Assembly: GCA_029551395.1 (NCBI GenBank)
Contig: JAKPFN010000014.1
Coordinates: 319 to 64,318 of the forward strand
From: Armatimonadota bacterium
GTDB taxonomy: Bacteria > Armatimonadota > UBA5829 > DTLH01
Length of the DNA: 64,000 nucleotides
Reading direction: 5' to 3'
The notes beneath the pieces are model-generated. The model saw nothing but the letters and a program-made list of their open reading frames with translations. It did no database searches and had not been told where the DNA came from. This document shows, one piece after another, positions 55,229 through 64,000 of the stretch. Numbering within the stretch: the first letter of the stretch is position 1; every line of letters starts with the position of its first letter. A program made the translations under genes and the position numbers.

Positions 55229-57271
55229 ATGAGAGACTCAGAGATTCCGGTAGATGCTCGAAATGATTCCGTTATGGCTTCCCGGTCTGAAGTTCTTTGG
55301 ATGCTGGATTGGGCCGCAAACGCCTTTGCTGAGACAAAAATCCCCCATGACAAGACCTTTCTAAGCACCACCTATCCCTTTTCATTTATCTACGATGGCC
55401 ACTCGTCTTCAAGACTTCTGAAAAGCTGGAAATATGCATCAGAAACCCAGGAAAAAGCAGACAGAATAGAAAAACTGGTTACCTGGAAAGACCCTGTTAC
55501 CGGATTAAAAGTTAGCGCAACTATCACTGCTTATAAACACTATCCGGCAGTTGACTGGATACTCCATTTCGAAAACGAAGGCAGCCATGACACGCCGATT
55601 ATCGAAGACATTCAAGCTCTGGACATCACTCTACACCCGGATAACCTCGGCGCACCTGCCGTTCTACACCAGATAAAGGGAGATACAGAAAAAGAAGATG
55701 CCTTCCTGCCGTTTGATACCGCGCTTGCCCCAGGAGACCATTTTTGCATAGCGCCTGCTGGTGGTAAGTCTTCTTCGGGTGCATTCCCGTTCTTCAATTT
55801 CCAATACGGCAGGCGAGGGATAATCACCGCTATCGGATGGACAGGCCAGTGGGCAGCTTCATTCAATCACATTGACTCAGATGCATTACAGATAAAAGCC
55901 GGGATGGAGAGAACTCACCTTCGCCTTCATCCAGGCGAACGAATCCGCAGCCCAAGAATCCTCATCATGGCCTGGAATAACGACCTGTACACGGCACACA
56001 ACAGGTTCCGCAGATTGATGCTATTCAACTACTTGCCCAAGCCTAATGGCAGACCTGCCAGAATACCGGTTGCCCTTCAGTGTTTCGACCGCTACAGCCT
56101 GAGACCTGATTGGGCCAGTGAGTCAGGACAGATGAAAGCTGCGCGGGTTGCAGATGAATTGGGCTGTGACACACTTTGGCTGGATGCGGCATGGTTTCCA
56201 GGAGACTTCCCTTCAGGAGTCGGCAACTGGTTCGCGAAACCTGATGCTTTTCCAAGAGGATTGAAACCCGTAAGTGACCTTTGTCACGATTTAGGGCTTC
56301 AGTTTATGCTCTGGTTCGAGCCTGAGCGGGCAGATTCCAATTCTTCCATTGCAAAAGAACATCCTGAGTTCCTTTACCCACGGACAACAGTCGAGTTTGG
56401 CGGAACCAGCCACTTAGTAAATTTGGGAGACCCGAACACCCGGTTCTTCATGACCGATCTGCTTTCCAAGTGCATCCATGATTACGGAATTGATATCTAC
56501 CGGCTGGATTTCAACATCAGTCCGCTCAGGTTCTGGAGAGAAAATGACGAACCTGACAGACAGGGAATGAGCGAAATACGGCACATCGAGGGATTATACG
56601 CGATGTGGGATGATCTATTGGCACACCATCCGGGGCTTTTGATAGACAATGTCGCCGGCGGCGGCCGCAGGATAGACCTGGAAACATGTATGCGCTCTAT
56701 CCCCATGTGGCGAAGCGACACCGCTTGCGGAACCAATCCGCCGGACTGGAATCAGACTCAAAGTTATGGCCTGAGTCTCTATATCCCGCTGCATTCCATA
56801 GCTTTCTGGTCGCCTGACGCCTATGAATGCCGCAGCACAGCTACTGTAGGCGTCATCTGTCAGTTGGATTACTTGAAAGAAGGCTTCCCGATGGACGAAG
56901 CCGAAGCTTCCATTGACGAAGCAAAAGAAAACCAGAAATATTGGTACGGCGATTTTTATCCGCTTACTCCTGCCTCTGCGGCGATGGACAAATTCATTGC
57001 ATACCAGTTCCATCGGCCAGACCTGAACGAAGGTATGATTCTAGCCTTCCGGCGCTGTGAATGCACTGCCGACAATCTTGTGGTCAAAGCACAGGGGCTT
57101 AGTGCGGAGTGCATATTCCAGGTGGAAATCATCGACGACAACCGAAACAAGATCGAAAAGACTCTAACCGGCCGTCAGTTGATGTCAGGACTGGGCTTAC
57201 ACTTCGATAGAAAGCCTGGCAGCCTGCTGGTGAGATACAAGCGGATCATCCCCAGGGGAAATCTCGCCTGA
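55229..57271 (+). CDS. Alpha-galactosidase-like glycoside hydrolase (GH36/clan D)
   Basis: IGWTGQW, LWLDAAWF..G.W..FP.GL, LWFEPER, YRLDFN (nucleophile), GGGRRIDLE, WRSD (acid/base). Confidence 0.85.
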   Translation: MRDSEIPVDARNDSVMASRSEVLWMLDWAANAFAETKIPHDKTFLSTTYPFSFIYDGHSSSRLLKSWKYASETQEKADRIEKLVTWKDPVTGLKVSATITAYKHYPAVDWILHFENEGSHDTPIIEDIQALDITLHPDNLGAPAVLHQIKGDTEKEDAFLPFDTALAPGDHFCIAPAGGKSSSGAFPFFNFQYGRRGIITAIGWTGQWAASFNHIDSDALQIKAGMERTHLRLHPGERIRSPRILIMAWNNDLYTAHNRFRRLMLFNYLPKPNGRPARIPVALQCFDRYSLRPDWASESGQMKAARVADELGCDTLWLDAAWFPGDFPSGVGNWFAKPDAFPRGLKPVSDLCHDLGLQFMLWFEPERADSNSSIAKEHPEFLYPRTTVEFGGTSHLVNLGDPNTRFFMTDLLSKCIHDYGIDIYRLDFNISPLRFWRENDEPDRQGMSEIRHIEGLYAMWDDLLAHHPGLLIDNVAGGGRRIDLETCMRSIPMWRSDTACGTNPPDWNQTQSYGLSLYIPLHSIAFWSPDAYECRSTATVGVICQLDYLKEGFPMDEAEASIDEAKENQKYWYGDFYPLTPASAAMDKFIAYQFHRPDLNEGMILAFRRCECTADNLVVKAQGLSAECIFQVEIIDDNRNKIEKTLTGRQLMSGLGLHFDRKPGSLLVRYKRIIPRGNLA

Positions 57272-57312
57272 TTATACCGCAGCATCTACGCTAATATCTA
57301 GACTGTTGCCTG

Positions 57313-58131
57313 ATGAAGACACTAAGAGACAAAACAGTCGTTATCACCGGGGCATCGAGCGGAATAGGCCGTGCAGCGGCAGTTGCGTTCGCAAAACGTG
57401 GGTCCAACCTGGTGCTTGCAGCTCGACGAACCGAGCTTTTGGAAAAGGTAAAAGCTGAGGTAGAAGGTCTTGGTGTAAAGGCTTTGACCGTTCCAACTGA
57501 TGTAACTGCCCCAAGGCAGTCTCAAGGGCTGATAGATGCTTCCATAGAACACTTCGGGCAGATAGATGTTCTGGTCAATAACGCAGGCCGAGGCATTTTA
57601 GGCGCATTTCCCGAACTAACAATTGAAGATGTCAAAAGCCTCTTTGATGTCAACTTCTTCGGCGCAGTCAAAGTGATGCAGTCAACCCTGGAAGCAATGG
57701 AACGGCAGGGCTGGGGTGTGATTATTAACGTTGCATCCGTCGCCGGACTGGTTTCTGCCCCGTATACCTCAGCTTATAACGCTACCAAAGCTGCTCTGAT
57801 TGCTCTCTCGGAATCCGCCAGCGCCGAGTATTTCGGAACGAGAATTGAAATAGTTGCATTTTGTCCCGCTTCGACAGTTTCGGAGTTTGACCAGTCCATG
57901 CAAAAGGTAGGACGGTTCCAGAAATGGATTCATCCGCTTAAAAAAGCATCTCCAGAATGGGTTGCGGAAAGATTAGTCCGTGCTGCACTCAAACCAAAAC
58001 CTCTTATTCTGCTAGGAACTTACTCAAGGACAGGTGTTATAGCCAAATTCCTCACTCCATCGCTCTACTACCGGGCTATCAGGTGGTACAGAGATGTGAT
58101 GCAAGAAGCAAATCCTCCTTTGGATGAATAG
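57313..58131 (+). CDS. Short-chain dehydrogenase/reductase
   Basis: ITGASSGIG, LVNNAG, ASVAG, YNATK. Confidence 0.92.
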   Translation: MKTLRDKTVVITGASSGIGRAAAVAFAKRGSNLVLAARRTELLEKVKAEVEGLGVKALTVPTDVTAPRQSQGLIDASIEHFGQIDVLVNNAGRGILGAFPELTIEDVKSLFDVNFFGAVKVMQSTLEAMERQGWGVIINVASVAGLVSAPYTSAYNATKAALIALSESASAEYFGTRIEIVAFCPASTVSEFDQSMQKVGRFQKWIHPLKKASPEWVAERLVRAALKPKPLILLGTYSRTGVIAKFLTPSLYYRAIRWYRDVMQEANPPLDE

Positions 58132-58220
58132 TTTGAGCTTAATACTGCCAAAGGCGCTGCAAACACCGGATAACCGTCATATTATTGCCCACAATCACAC
58201 CATTTATCTCACATTAACCG

Positions 58221-58245
58221 GTTTGGCGATGTGTTGAGCGGGTAT
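58221..58245 (+). promoter_or_regulatory. Candidate SigB-type promoter GTTTGG-N13-GGGTAT
   Basis: Consensus-like match upstream of ugd. Confidence 0.5.
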
Positions 58246-58373
58246 ATACGAGCCGAGCAATGATGAAGAAGATGCTGTTTACAGACTCGTTTCTCAAAAC
58301 CGGGGCGCCGGCTGGTGGGGACGCAGTGCGTGCCGCTTCTCACCCGGTATGTAAGGAGGTAAGGGAAGAGCAA

Positions 58374-59702
58374 ATGAATATTTGTGTGATTGGTACGGGC
58401 TATGTTGGGCTGGTCACTGGCGCTGTATTTGCCGACCTGGGCAACGATGTCATCTGTGTGGACAAGGATGAGTCCAAAATCGAGATGCTGAAGCAGAGTG
58501 AGATGCCCATTTATGAGCCGGGACTGGAAGAAATGGTTGTCCGTAATGTCGAAGATAGTAGGCTCGCATTCAGCACTGATATTGGCGAAGGTGTCAGAAA
58601 GTCCGAAGTTGTGTTCATCGCTGTAGGTACTCCGCCTGCTGAGGATGGTTACGCAGACCTCTCTGCAGTCACTGATGTCGCAAAAATAATAGCCCGTAAT
58701 CTCGACCGCTACAAGGTTATCGTCAACAAAAGCACCGTGCCTGTTGGCACAGGAGACCTGGTACGGGAGGTCATAGACCGCAACAAAATCCGCGATGTAG
58801 AGTTCGACGTTGTCTCAAACCCGGAATTCCTGCGTGAAGGCTCTGCCATAACCGACACTCTGTATCCCGATAGAATAGTTATCGGCGCTCCGAATGGCAA
58901 CGTTGCCATGAGAATAGTAGAACTGTATGCGCCGCTTGAAAGACCGATGCTGATAACAGACGTGCACTCCGCAGAGATGATAAAATATGCCTCCAACGCA
59001 TTCCTGGCAACGAAAATCTCCTTCATCAACGCAGTTGCCAACATCTGTGAACGCGCTGGAGCAGATATTGTGCAGGTTATTAAGGGAATGGGCTTCGACA
59101 GCCGCATCGGGCCTCAATTCCTGAATGCCGGGTTAGGTTATGGTGGTTCTTGCTTCGGAAAAGATGCAAGCTGCCTCATACATACGGCTGACAGATTAGG
59201 TTACGATTTCAAGCTGCTTCGCACAGTTGTAGACATCAATTCAGAGCAGCCTCTGCGCTTCGTCGATAAAATCAGAAATGCGCTGGGAGACCTTGAAGGC
59301 AAGACTATCGGAATACTCGGGCTGGCGTTCAAACCAAATACAGACGATATGCGTGATGCAAAGTCCATAGACGTAATAGGTGCGCTTATTGCTGATGGAG
59401 CTGCCGTAAAGGCATACGACCCGATAGCTATAGACAACGCGAAGAAAATTTTCCCGCAAATCCAATACAGTTCGAACGCCTATGACACTGCTGAAGACTC
59501 TGATGCCCTGGTAATTATCACGGAATGGAATGAATTTAAACTTTTAAACCTGGAAAGACTCAAGGAACGGATGAAAAGGCCGATAATCTTTGATGGCAGG
59601 AATATGTACGACCCACAGCGTATGAAGCGGCTGGGGTTCGAATATCACTGCATCGGCAGGTGCGATAACGCAAAAGGCTCGAACGGAATAAACGGGCATT
59701 GA
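58374..59702 (+). CDS. ugd: UDP-glucose 6-dehydrogenase
   Basis: GTGYVGL, NKSTVP, SNPEFLREG, GYGGSCF.KD, GLAFKPNTDDMR, DGRN. Confidence 0.95.
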   Translation: MNICVIGTGYVGLVTGAVFADLGNDVICVDKDESKIEMLKQSEMPIYEPGLEEMVVRNVEDSRLAFSTDIGEGVRKSEVVFIAVGTPPAEDGYADLSAVTDVAKIIARNLDRYKVIVNKSTVPVGTGDLVREVIDRNKIRDVEFDVVSNPEFLREGSAITDTLYPDRIVIGAPNGNVAMRIVELYAPLERPMLITDVHSAEMIKYASNAFLATKISFINAVANICERAGADIVQVIKGMGFDSRIGPQFLNAGLGYGGSCFGKDASCLIHTADRLGYDFKLLRTVVDINSEQPLRFVDKIRNALGDLEGKTIGILGLAFKPNTDDMRDAKSIDVIGALIADGAAVKAYDPIAIDNAKKIFPQIQYSSNAYDTAEDSDALVIITEWNEFKLLNLERLKERMKRPIIFDGRNMYDPQRMKRLGFEYHCIGRCDNAKGSNGINGH

Positions 59703-60667
59703 TGCGTAAAATGCTCCTGCCGGGCAATAACCCGAGGGGAGCTGAAGCATCAACCGTGTCATCTGTGCGAGAGCTTAACGAACATTACAGTAAGGGAATC
59801 GAGTTCTTCGATCAAGGCCTGTATAGAGAAGCGATATCTGAGTTTGAAATCATCATTCAGACTGTCGACTCATCTGACCCGGCCTGCAAGCTTGCGAAAT
59901 TTTACCTTGGTGAAGCGCATGCCCAGTTGGGCCTTGAACGCGCATACCGGGGCGCATCTGTCCAGGCTGAAGGAGATTTGCGCAGGGCTATCGATATAAA
60001 TCCGAAATACCCTGACCTGCATTATCACTTGGCCCGTGTGTACATCCAGAAGGGAGAGTATCAACAAGCTGTTTCCGAATTCGAGACGGCTCTAGCGCTT
60101 AATCCACGCTATGCCAGGGCACTTTTCGAACTTGGAATGCTTCGCTACAGGATGGGTGAGCGAGAGTTGGGTATGGAAATGGTCAGCCGCGCAGTAGATA
60201 TTGAGCCGGGCTACTCCAATAAGCTCTACAGAGAGGCACTTGCTGCTCATAAGACACGGCACTGGAACAAAACACTCTCCAAGCTCGAAGAACTGTCTGA
60301 GACAAATGTAGACGATATCTCTTACCACTTCCGGCTTGGTAAAGACCATTATAAACGGGGAGATTATCAATCAGCCATTGGAGATTTCGAAAGGGCGCTC
60401 AGCATACAACCAGGTTATGCGGACATCAGAAACTGGCTGGGACTTGCATATCTGGCTGCAGAGGAACCTTCCAAAGCTCTTATCGAATTCAGCCGGGCGC
60501 TTGAAATCAATCCTAACTTCATTGCTGCGCGCATAAATGCCGGTGCTGCGTTCACCAAGCTGGATTGCCTGGAAGAAGCTTCCCAATGCTACCGCCGGGT
60601 GCTTGAAATCGACCCTGACAACACAGAGGCAAGAGAAAGACTGGCAGAATTGCAGCTTAGAGGTTGA
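59702..60667 (+). CDS. TPR repeat protein
   Basis: Repeated A...F..AL.INP.Y..A TPR units. TGATG overlap with the ugd stop. Confidence 0.88.
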   Translation: MRKMLLPGNNPRGAEASTVSSVRELNEHYSKGIEFFDQGLYREAISEFEIIIQTVDSSDPACKLAKFYLGEAHAQLGLERAYRGASVQAEGDLRRAIDINPKYPDLHYHLARVYIQKGEYQQAVSEFETALALNPRYARALFELGMLRYRMGERELGMEMVSRAVDIEPGYSNKLYREALAAHKTRHWNKTLSKLEELSETNVDDISYHFRLGKDHYKRGDYQSAIGDFERALSIQPGYADIRNWLGLAYLAAEEPSKALIEFSRALEINPNFIAARINAGAAFTKLDCLEEASQCYRRVLEIDPDNTEARERLAELQLRG

Positions 60668-60679
60668 TTATCAGAATTG

Positions 60680-60713
60680 TAAGGCCCTCCCATAGTTCAA
60701 AGGGAGGGCCTTA
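60680..60713. terminator. Bidirectional terminator
   Basis: TAAGGCCCTCCC...GGGAGGGCCTTA between convergent genes. Confidence 0.7.
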
Positions 60714-60716
60714 TTG

Positions 60717-61508
60717 TTAATCCAGCCTTAATGTCAGGCACTTTGACGAACCACCGGCTTTAATAAACTCGGACATATCAACTGGAACGCATTTTATACC
60801 CCGCTCAGCCAGCGTTGCACTTAACCTGTCGCTCGGCCTATGCAGCACGAACATATCATCAATTACAACCGTATTGCAGGCAAACCGGACTGCTTCTTCC
60901 TCAGTTACCTCAACCGCATCAGGGAACCGATTACGAAGCAGCCTGAGAGAGTAATCATCAAACGCTCCGGGATAATAAAGAGCAGAGTCCTTCAGCCTGC
61001 AAAGGCACGTATCCAGATGATAAAACCGTTCATCTTTCAACCTGAGCGGCAGGACTGCCTCTTCCATAAGCTGCGAGACTACTGCCAGTGCCTGCGGATC
61101 GCTTCTGAAGTAGTAGCCGCCAAACCAGGTGTCCCCTATCTTCAACAAATCGCCGGCGCCTTCAAAAAACAGCCCTTTTGGCAGGACTTCGACACGGTAT
61201 CCGTGCTCTCTGAACCATTTCTCGAAGAATTCAGATTCGCCCTGCCTCTCAGGATGCCTGAAGTTGGATGGAATAAACAAGTCACCCTTCACGACTCCTG
61301 CATTGGCTGTGAAGACCATATCGGGAAGACCTTCCTGTGGTTCAATTAGCTCGACCTGCACTCCCGGTATCGATGCAAGTGTATCATGCAGGTCCTGCCA
61401 CTGTTTACTGGCAAGGTCTTTGTCCACCGGCTGGCCCTGAGCCATCCATGGGTTTATCTGATACATAACTCCGTAGTAAGTAGGAGGACACATCAGGAAG
61501 CGCGCCAC
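60717..61508 (-). CDS. Amidinotransferase/DDAH-fold enzyme resembling the ArgZ/AgrE N-terminal arginine dihydrolase domain
   Basis: LMCPP.YY.V.Y.INPWM, LPDMVFTANAG, FEGAGD, FYHLDTC, EFIKAGGSSKCLTL. Confidence 0.85.
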   Translation of the reverse strand: MARFLMCPPTYYGVMYQINPWMAQGQPVDKDLASKQWQDLHDTLASIPGVQVELIEPQEGLPDMVFTANAGVVKGDLFIPSNFRHPERQGESEFFEKWFREHGYRVEVLPKGLFFEGAGDLLKIGDTWFGGYYFRSDPQALAVVSQLMEEAVLPLRLKDERFYHLDTCLCRLKDSALYYPGAFDDYSLRLLRNRFPDAVEVTEEEAVRFACNTVVIDDMFVLHRPSDRLSATLAERGIKCVPVDMSEFIKAGGSSKCLTLRLD

Positions 61509-62722
61509 GGGCCTGCCTCCTTCAGTTCATCTGCAAGCTCACTCATAAAGAGCGCAGCATCGGTTACAACACCGACTGCCTGGTGCGTACCCCGGTCAGC
61601 CAGCTTGGTTACTACGGCAGTGTTGATATCGACGCACACCACTTCCACTGAAGCAGGCAGCAGGTTGCCGGTTGCTACGGAGTGAAGCGTTGTGGCAACC
61701 ATCAGAGCCATGCCAACCTCAGAAAGCTGGGCACGCATCGCGTCCTGTGCCTCCATAACATCCGTAATGACATCGGGAAGCGGGCCGTCATCTCGGATAG
61801 ACCCGGCCAGAACATACGAAACACCAGCCTTGACAGCTTCATACATAATCCCTTTGGTCAGCACGCCTTGTTTGACAGCCTCAGCTATGCTTCCAACCCG
61901 GCGGATCTCATTGATTGCCCTCAAGTGATTCTCATGCCCGTGTGGAGCCGGTTTACCTTCTTCAATGTAAACTCCAAGAGCCGTCCCATACAGCGCGGAC
62001 TCGATATCGTGGGTCGCAAGCGCATTCCCGGCGAAGATGACATCGATCCATCCATCCCGGATCATCCTTGCGACTGCTTCACCTGCACCAGCATGAACAA
62101 TTGCAGGGCCGCCAACAAGTAAAACCTTCTTGCCAGCTTTCTTCGTATCCCTGATTTGCCGGGCTACTTCGGCAACCATCAACGCTTTAGGCTTTTCACT
62201 TGAGACAGTGCTGGTCATGAACTCAAATGTCCCAACACTCTCGCGCCGTTCCGGAGTCTCTACCTTGATCCCATCATGTCCAACTACCACCATCTGTCCA
62301 GCTCTGACATCGTTCATAGGGGTAGTCCGGGCCTGACCGTTCTCAATCACTATGCCGCAGTCCATCTCTACCCGGTCAACGGGTATCCACTTGCCGGAAA
62401 CCTTCACGCTTGTCGGCAGGTTGGTTGTGCAGTAGAAATGCTCCGGGAAAACTCCATCCTTAGGGGCTGGCACAAGCTCAGCATCCTGTTGCTCCAGCCG
62501 ATTTGCCCCTTCCTGTTCGATGTATGCCAGCACTGCATTCAGCTTATCATCATTTGGAGCTTGTATGCGGATGAGTGCGCGGCTCTGATCATCGCGAGTC
62601 TTACCGACGGTCATCTCTAATATCTCAAACTCGCCACCTTGAGCCAGGATGCTGTCCAACACCCGTGGCAGGCTCAATGAATCAATAATATGTCCTTTTA
62701 GTTCAACAAGTTCAGACGGCAT
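61493..62722 (-). CDS. TIGR00300 (LOR/SDH-like) protein resembling the ArgZ/AgrE C-terminal ornithine cyclodeaminase domain
   Basis: LKGHIIDS, DGVFP..FY.TTN.PT, FEFM.S.VSSEKP, GNALATHDIE, LAGSIRDDGPLP, LHSVATGNLLP, KLADRG. Confidence 0.85.
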   Translation of the reverse strand: MPSELVELKGHIIDSLSLPRVLDSILAQGGEFEILEMTVGKTRDDQSRALIRIQAPNDDKLNAVLAYIEQEGANRLEQQDAELVPAPKDGVFPEHFYCTTNLPTSVKVSGKWIPVDRVEMDCGIVIENGQARTTPMNDVRAGQMVVVGHDGIKVETPERRESVGTFEFMTSTVSSEKPKALMVAEVARQIRDTKKAGKKVLLVGGPAIVHAGAGEAVARMIRDGWIDVIFAGNALATHDIESALYGTALGVYIEEGKPAPHGHENHLRAINEIRRVGSIAEAVKQGVLTKGIMYEAVKAGVSYVLAGSIRDDGPLPDVITDVMEAQDAMRAQLSEVGMALMVATTLHSVATGNLLPASVEVVCVDINTAVVTKLADRGTHQAVGVVTDAALFMSELADELKEAGPWRAS

Positions 62723-62995
62723 TGTCTACCTCCAGATACTTATCCGTTACCAATACGGTTACTTTAACGAGATTATCGCCCTGTACATCGTTTCCTGTAC
62801 AGGTTCACTCGCTTTCTCTATTTCTTTAGTTTAACAGCCAGTCTTTACGTTCCTCTACATTGTTATAACTGTTTTAAATCACGTTGTCCAATAATCAGCG
62901 ACAATTGAACTAAGCAGTCATATTAACTGACATCGATGGGTAACATACATAAGACTAAAATGAGCACATCAATGGATTGATGGAGGTATATCTTA

Positions 62996-63610
62996 ATGGC
63001 AGACAAGGCACTTGTTATCATAGATGTCCAAAAGTGTTTCCTACCAGGCGGACCGCTTGCAGTAGAAGAAGGAGACAAGGTTGTTCCTGTACTGAATGAA
63101 TATATTAAGATATTCAAAAACCGAGGACTTCCAATTTTCGCAACCAGAGACTGGCATCCACCTGTCACAAAACACTTCAAGGAATACGGCGGACTTTGGC
63201 CGCCTCACTGCATCAGAGACACTCCCGGTGCGGAATTTGCGCCTGGTCTGGAACTACCGGAAGATACGGAAATCATATCTGCAGGTGTTGGCCCTGAGGA
63301 AGAAGGTTATTCCTCTTTTGAAGGCGCCAACGAAGATGGCGAAAGCTTCGAAGAAGTACTGCGGTCCCAGGGAATTTTGCATCTTTATGTCGGTGGAATA
63401 GCAACAGATTACTGCGTAAAAGAAACAACCCTGGATGCTCTACGGAAAGGATTCAAGGCGACACTGCTTCAAGATGCCGTAAAGGCCGTAAACTTGAAGC
63501 CTGGAGATGACAAAAGGGCAATAGACGATATGGTAGAAGCCGGAGCTAAAGTATCTGAGCTGGAAGAGGTAAGAAAAGAACTGGAATCCACTGTCAGGAC
63601 GCAGATTTAA
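62996..63610 (+). CDS. pncA: Nicotinamidase/pyrazinamidase
   Basis: IDVQ..F.PGG.LAV, TRDWHP, WPPHC, YSSF, GIATDYCV. Confidence 0.92.
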   Translation: MADKALVIIDVQKCFLPGGPLAVEEGDKVVPVLNEYIKIFKNRGLPIFATRDWHPPVTKHFKEYGGLWPPHCIRDTPGAEFAPGLELPEDTEIISAGVGPEEEGYSSFEGANEDGESFEEVLRSQGILHLYVGGIATDYCVKETTLDALRKGFKATLLQDAVKAVNLKPGDDKRAIDDMVEAGAKVSELEEVRKELESTVRTQI

Positions 63611-64000
63611 TCCGGCACATACGGCACTACATTGGGAATCAACATAGGCACATGTTCGCGGTAGTGCTCGTATTCTATTCCAAAGCGCTTGACAAGAGTC
63701 TTCTCTTCAAAAAACCGGATGTATCCGGCGGAAATCAAGGCTGCGACTGGCAACAGCGCAACACCTGCTACAGAGTTCACCAGAAACGCTGCTCCCAGAA
63801 AGATGAATTGCAGCCCGAATACCATCGGATTACGCACATAAGCGTAGGGGCCGGTTATCACTAGCTGCTTGGTAGGTTCCAGAGCATAACCAAATATCTC
63901 TGAAGGTGATCCCTGTCCTATAAAGACCAACGCTGAGTAAGCCCATAATATCCAGAACAAACCCCAGGTCCATACTACACCGGTAAGCAGCAGGTTTGCA
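63607..64000 (-). CDS. Isoprenylcysteine carboxyl methyltransferase/PEMT family membrane protein, 5'-truncated
   Basis: LVITGPYAYVRNPM, EEKTL.KRFG.EY..Y...VP. The frame stays open to the window end. Confidence 0.85.
   Translation of the reverse strand, partial: ANLLLTGVVWTWGLFWILWAYSALVFIGQGSPSEIFGYALEPTKQLVITGPYAYVRNPMVFGLQFIFLGAAFLVNSVAGVALLPVAALISAGYIRFFEEKTLVKRFGIEYEHYREHVPMLIPNVVPYVPD

Noticed and set aside
1..64000. tRNA, rRNA, prophage, integrase or defence genes
   Set aside because: None was recognised by eye. A tRNAscan/Infernal run would be needed to exclude small RNAs fully.

Overview
Gene-dense bacterial chromosomal segment with a Terrabacteria-type gene order. An Armatimonadota-like origin is my guess from the protein styles and has not been tested. 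Most of it is housekeeping: mreBCD-nth, hisF-hisI, hpf-fba-pfkB, hisC-aroF-tyrA-aroA, and a long minus-strand run recG-coaD-pta-ackA-yceD-rpmF-plsX-fabH-fabD-fabG-acpP-acpP-fabF-aspC-rnc-mtnP-mtnA-apt. I saw no rRNA, tRNA, CRISPR array, transposase, integrase or phage gene. The more unusual items are: (1) two inverted copies of a ~137-bp non-coding element built from TGC/GCA-triloop hairpins (5355-5493 and 13599-13734), with tandemly amplified terminal arms and, for the second copy, an exact 20-bp flanking direct repeat; (2) a partner-switching module made of a membrane PP2C phosphatase and a fused STAS/anti-sigma kinase, plus several SigB-type promoter matches across the window; (3) two paralogous ~940-aa secreted LamG-Big2-CARDB-HEFGH..LPDLY-PKD metalloprotease-like proteins; (4) an ECF sigma factor fused to HEAT repeats and a DUF2087-like tail; (5) a split, order-reversed ArgZ/AgrE-like arginine-to-proline gene pair; (6) an unannotated 26-aa lipobox micropeptide; and (7) several strand-specific structured leaders (pta, rnc, fba). 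All calls come from manual motif reading, with no database searches.
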